NCBI GenBank assembly: GCA_038087875.1
Contig: CM075988.1
Coordinates: forward strand, 10,170,001 to 10,234,000
Reading direction: 5' to 3'
Source of the DNA: Malacoraja senta
Taxonomy: Eukaryota
Length of the DNA stretch: 64,000 nucleotides
The stretch's first letter is position 1, and each line of letters begins with the position of its first letter. The translations under genes were made by a program, and so were the position numbers. Under the pieces are notes generated by a model, which saw only the letters and a list, made by a program, of their open reading frames with translations, made no database searches and had not been told where the DNA came from. Below, in pieces: positions 62,400-64,000 of the stretch.

Positions 62400-63408
62400 T
62401 ATGGATCTGTTAATTTGCAGGTTTTAAAAAGAGGATTGTCTGGGCATACTGTGGACATGCTTACAGCAGTCTGGCGGAAGAGCACTCAAAAGCACTACAT
62501 TTGCGAATCTGAGGTTGTGACTCTGTAAATGCTGCTTTCCCATTATGTAAAGAATGGGAACATTTTCTGTGTACAAAAGAATATTGAATGTTGTACGGCA
62601 CATGTCTCAAATGTCTTAGGTTTTCTCAACACTCTATTATGAGGGATTGAGTTATAGTGTGATTTATTCAGCCAGAAGTACATTGTCCTCGTTTTTTATT
62701 GATGGGGTTGGAAAGACATCCTGTTGAGTCTCATTCTTTCGTTTCCAGATTAATGAAAGGAATTTTAATTCCAGACCTTCTAAACCTAGGTATGGCAATC
62801 TGGAATATAAGAGTGGTTTTAAGCTACTTCATCAATGGACTCTTGGTATGATTCTGATTTTGGCCAAATTCAGCATGAAGGTAGTCATGCTTATGGCACT
62901 TGTAACAAGCACAGAGAGTGCAGACATTACAAAAGTTACAGATACACAGGATGGAAGTACCTCAGGATAATGTTATGTTTTACATTTATGACCTACTCAA
63001 ATGAAGTAGGGTCAGGTGTGACAGGATTCAAGAGTGTTTTATTAGCATATTCCATGGATCCATGTCTATGTGTTAAGACATATTTGTTGCAATACATTGA
63101 GGCTACAAAGGTCTTACGAAATATGAAAACAAGATTGCTTATCATTCACGAAAAACCATACAAGATAGTGTCAGTTCAGACTATTTCAAGATGGTTAAAA
63201 CAAGTTTTGGTTGCTGCAGGTGTTAACAGTGATGTTTTTACATCCCATTCGATTTAGCAGCAACATTGGCGGCCAGGGCGAAGGACGTCCCGTCGACCAT
63301 ATTTTCGCAGCCGCCGGGTGATCTAATAAGTTGGTGTTTCAACACTTTTACCATCGGCCTATTGCCAATACGGGGCTGTTTGCAGATACTATATTAAGTT
63401 CTGCTTAA
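62400..63408 (+). pseudogene. DIRS tyrosine recombinase remnant
   Basis: WRKSTQKHY, GLSYS...SARS, KVVMLMALVT, VSVQTISRWLKQVLVAAGVNSDVFTSHS, AAG* (W->stop), F..FY.RPI. Confidence 0.85.
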
Positions 63409-63584
63409 ATTCCCCTAGGTTAAAGGGGAAACTGTTAATTATATTATTCAAATAAATGAATTACTGCATTTTTTCATGCAAATGTCATTATTAATGCATT
63501 ATTGATTATTTCTCGTTCCAAGTCAATCAATGCAGTGAGAAGCCGGGATTTGAATCTGCGGCATGAAATCACAAAGCTTTAAAG

Positions 63585-63696
63585 TCTTCACGTAGTCACT
63601 CACGTGACTCCGAAGTAAAATAGTAAGATTAAACGAGAACTTACCAGTTTGAAGTTTGATCTTTATTTTATGAGGAGTTACGTTGGTGATTACGTG
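63585..63696. repeat. DIRS internal complementary region (ICR)
   Basis: 63585-63620 is the reverse complement of 52076-52111 (35/36); 63621-63696 is the reverse complement of 63851-63926 (74/76). Confidence 0.95.
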
Positions 63697-64000
63697 CCCA
63701 CCACGCCCAACCCTCTTTCATAAAGGTCAGCTGGAAGTTCTAAAATTTACTCGTTTTTCCTATGTTACTATGTTACTTCGTTATTGGTGTTTTGTGATTT
63801 CACACCGCTGCTTTGAAGATTGACGCGCATGCGCCCTGACGGGTCTTCTTCACATAATCACCAACTTAACTCCTCATAAAATAAAGATCAAACTTCAAAC
63901 TGGTAAGTTCTCGTTTAATCTTACTATTAAACCTTATTTATTGTGCAAAAAAACAAAGTGCCTGGGAATGGGCAGATGATGTTTTGGGTCAGGAGCCTTC

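Larger units (their letters stand above)
52075..63928 (+). mobile_element. DIRS1-type tyrosine-recombinase retrotransposon (decayed ORFs, intact termini), interrupted by L1
   Basis: 33-bp perfect ITR 52105-52137 / 63821-63853; ICR 63585-63696 complementary to both termini; gag-RT-RNaseH-MT-YR remnants in order. Confidence 0.92.

Noticed and set aside
1..64000. Most short ORFs in the supplied track as host genes
   Set aside because: They start at TTG/GTG or lie in SINE, pLTR or LINE sequence, or antisense to TE ORFs; no host protein motif or consistent exon chain was recognised

Overview
Vertebrate genomic DNA, most likely from a cartilaginous fish (inferred from the HE1/V-SINE-like, CR1, Rex1 and Penelope repeat set). 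No host protein-coding exon could be recognised, so the window looks intronic or intergenic. It is dominated by retroelements and contains one 200-N assembly gap. (1) A DIRS1-type tyrosine-recombinase retrotransposon (52075-63928) has both inverted termini, the internal complementary region and an ATT crossover trinucleotide readable. A full-length L1 is inserted in its RT, and that L1 holds an antisense 5'-truncated L1 with a 14-bp TSD. (2) Neptune-type Penelope-like elements include a ~1000-codon RT/GIY-YIG frame broken only by one homopolymer base. Their pseudo-LTRs scatter about 20 minimal hammerhead-ribozyme-like motifs, several inside 190-350 bp non-coding fold-back units with their own TSDs. 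(3) A non-coding GC/CpG-rich family has a Rex1-like 3' stem-loop and covarying hairpins. (4) Rex1/Babar, RTE, L2 and CR1 fragments, many tRNA-derived V-SINEs and two PIF/Harbinger-type MITEs are also present. All family calls come from motif recognition by eye; no database search was run, and many boundaries are approximate.
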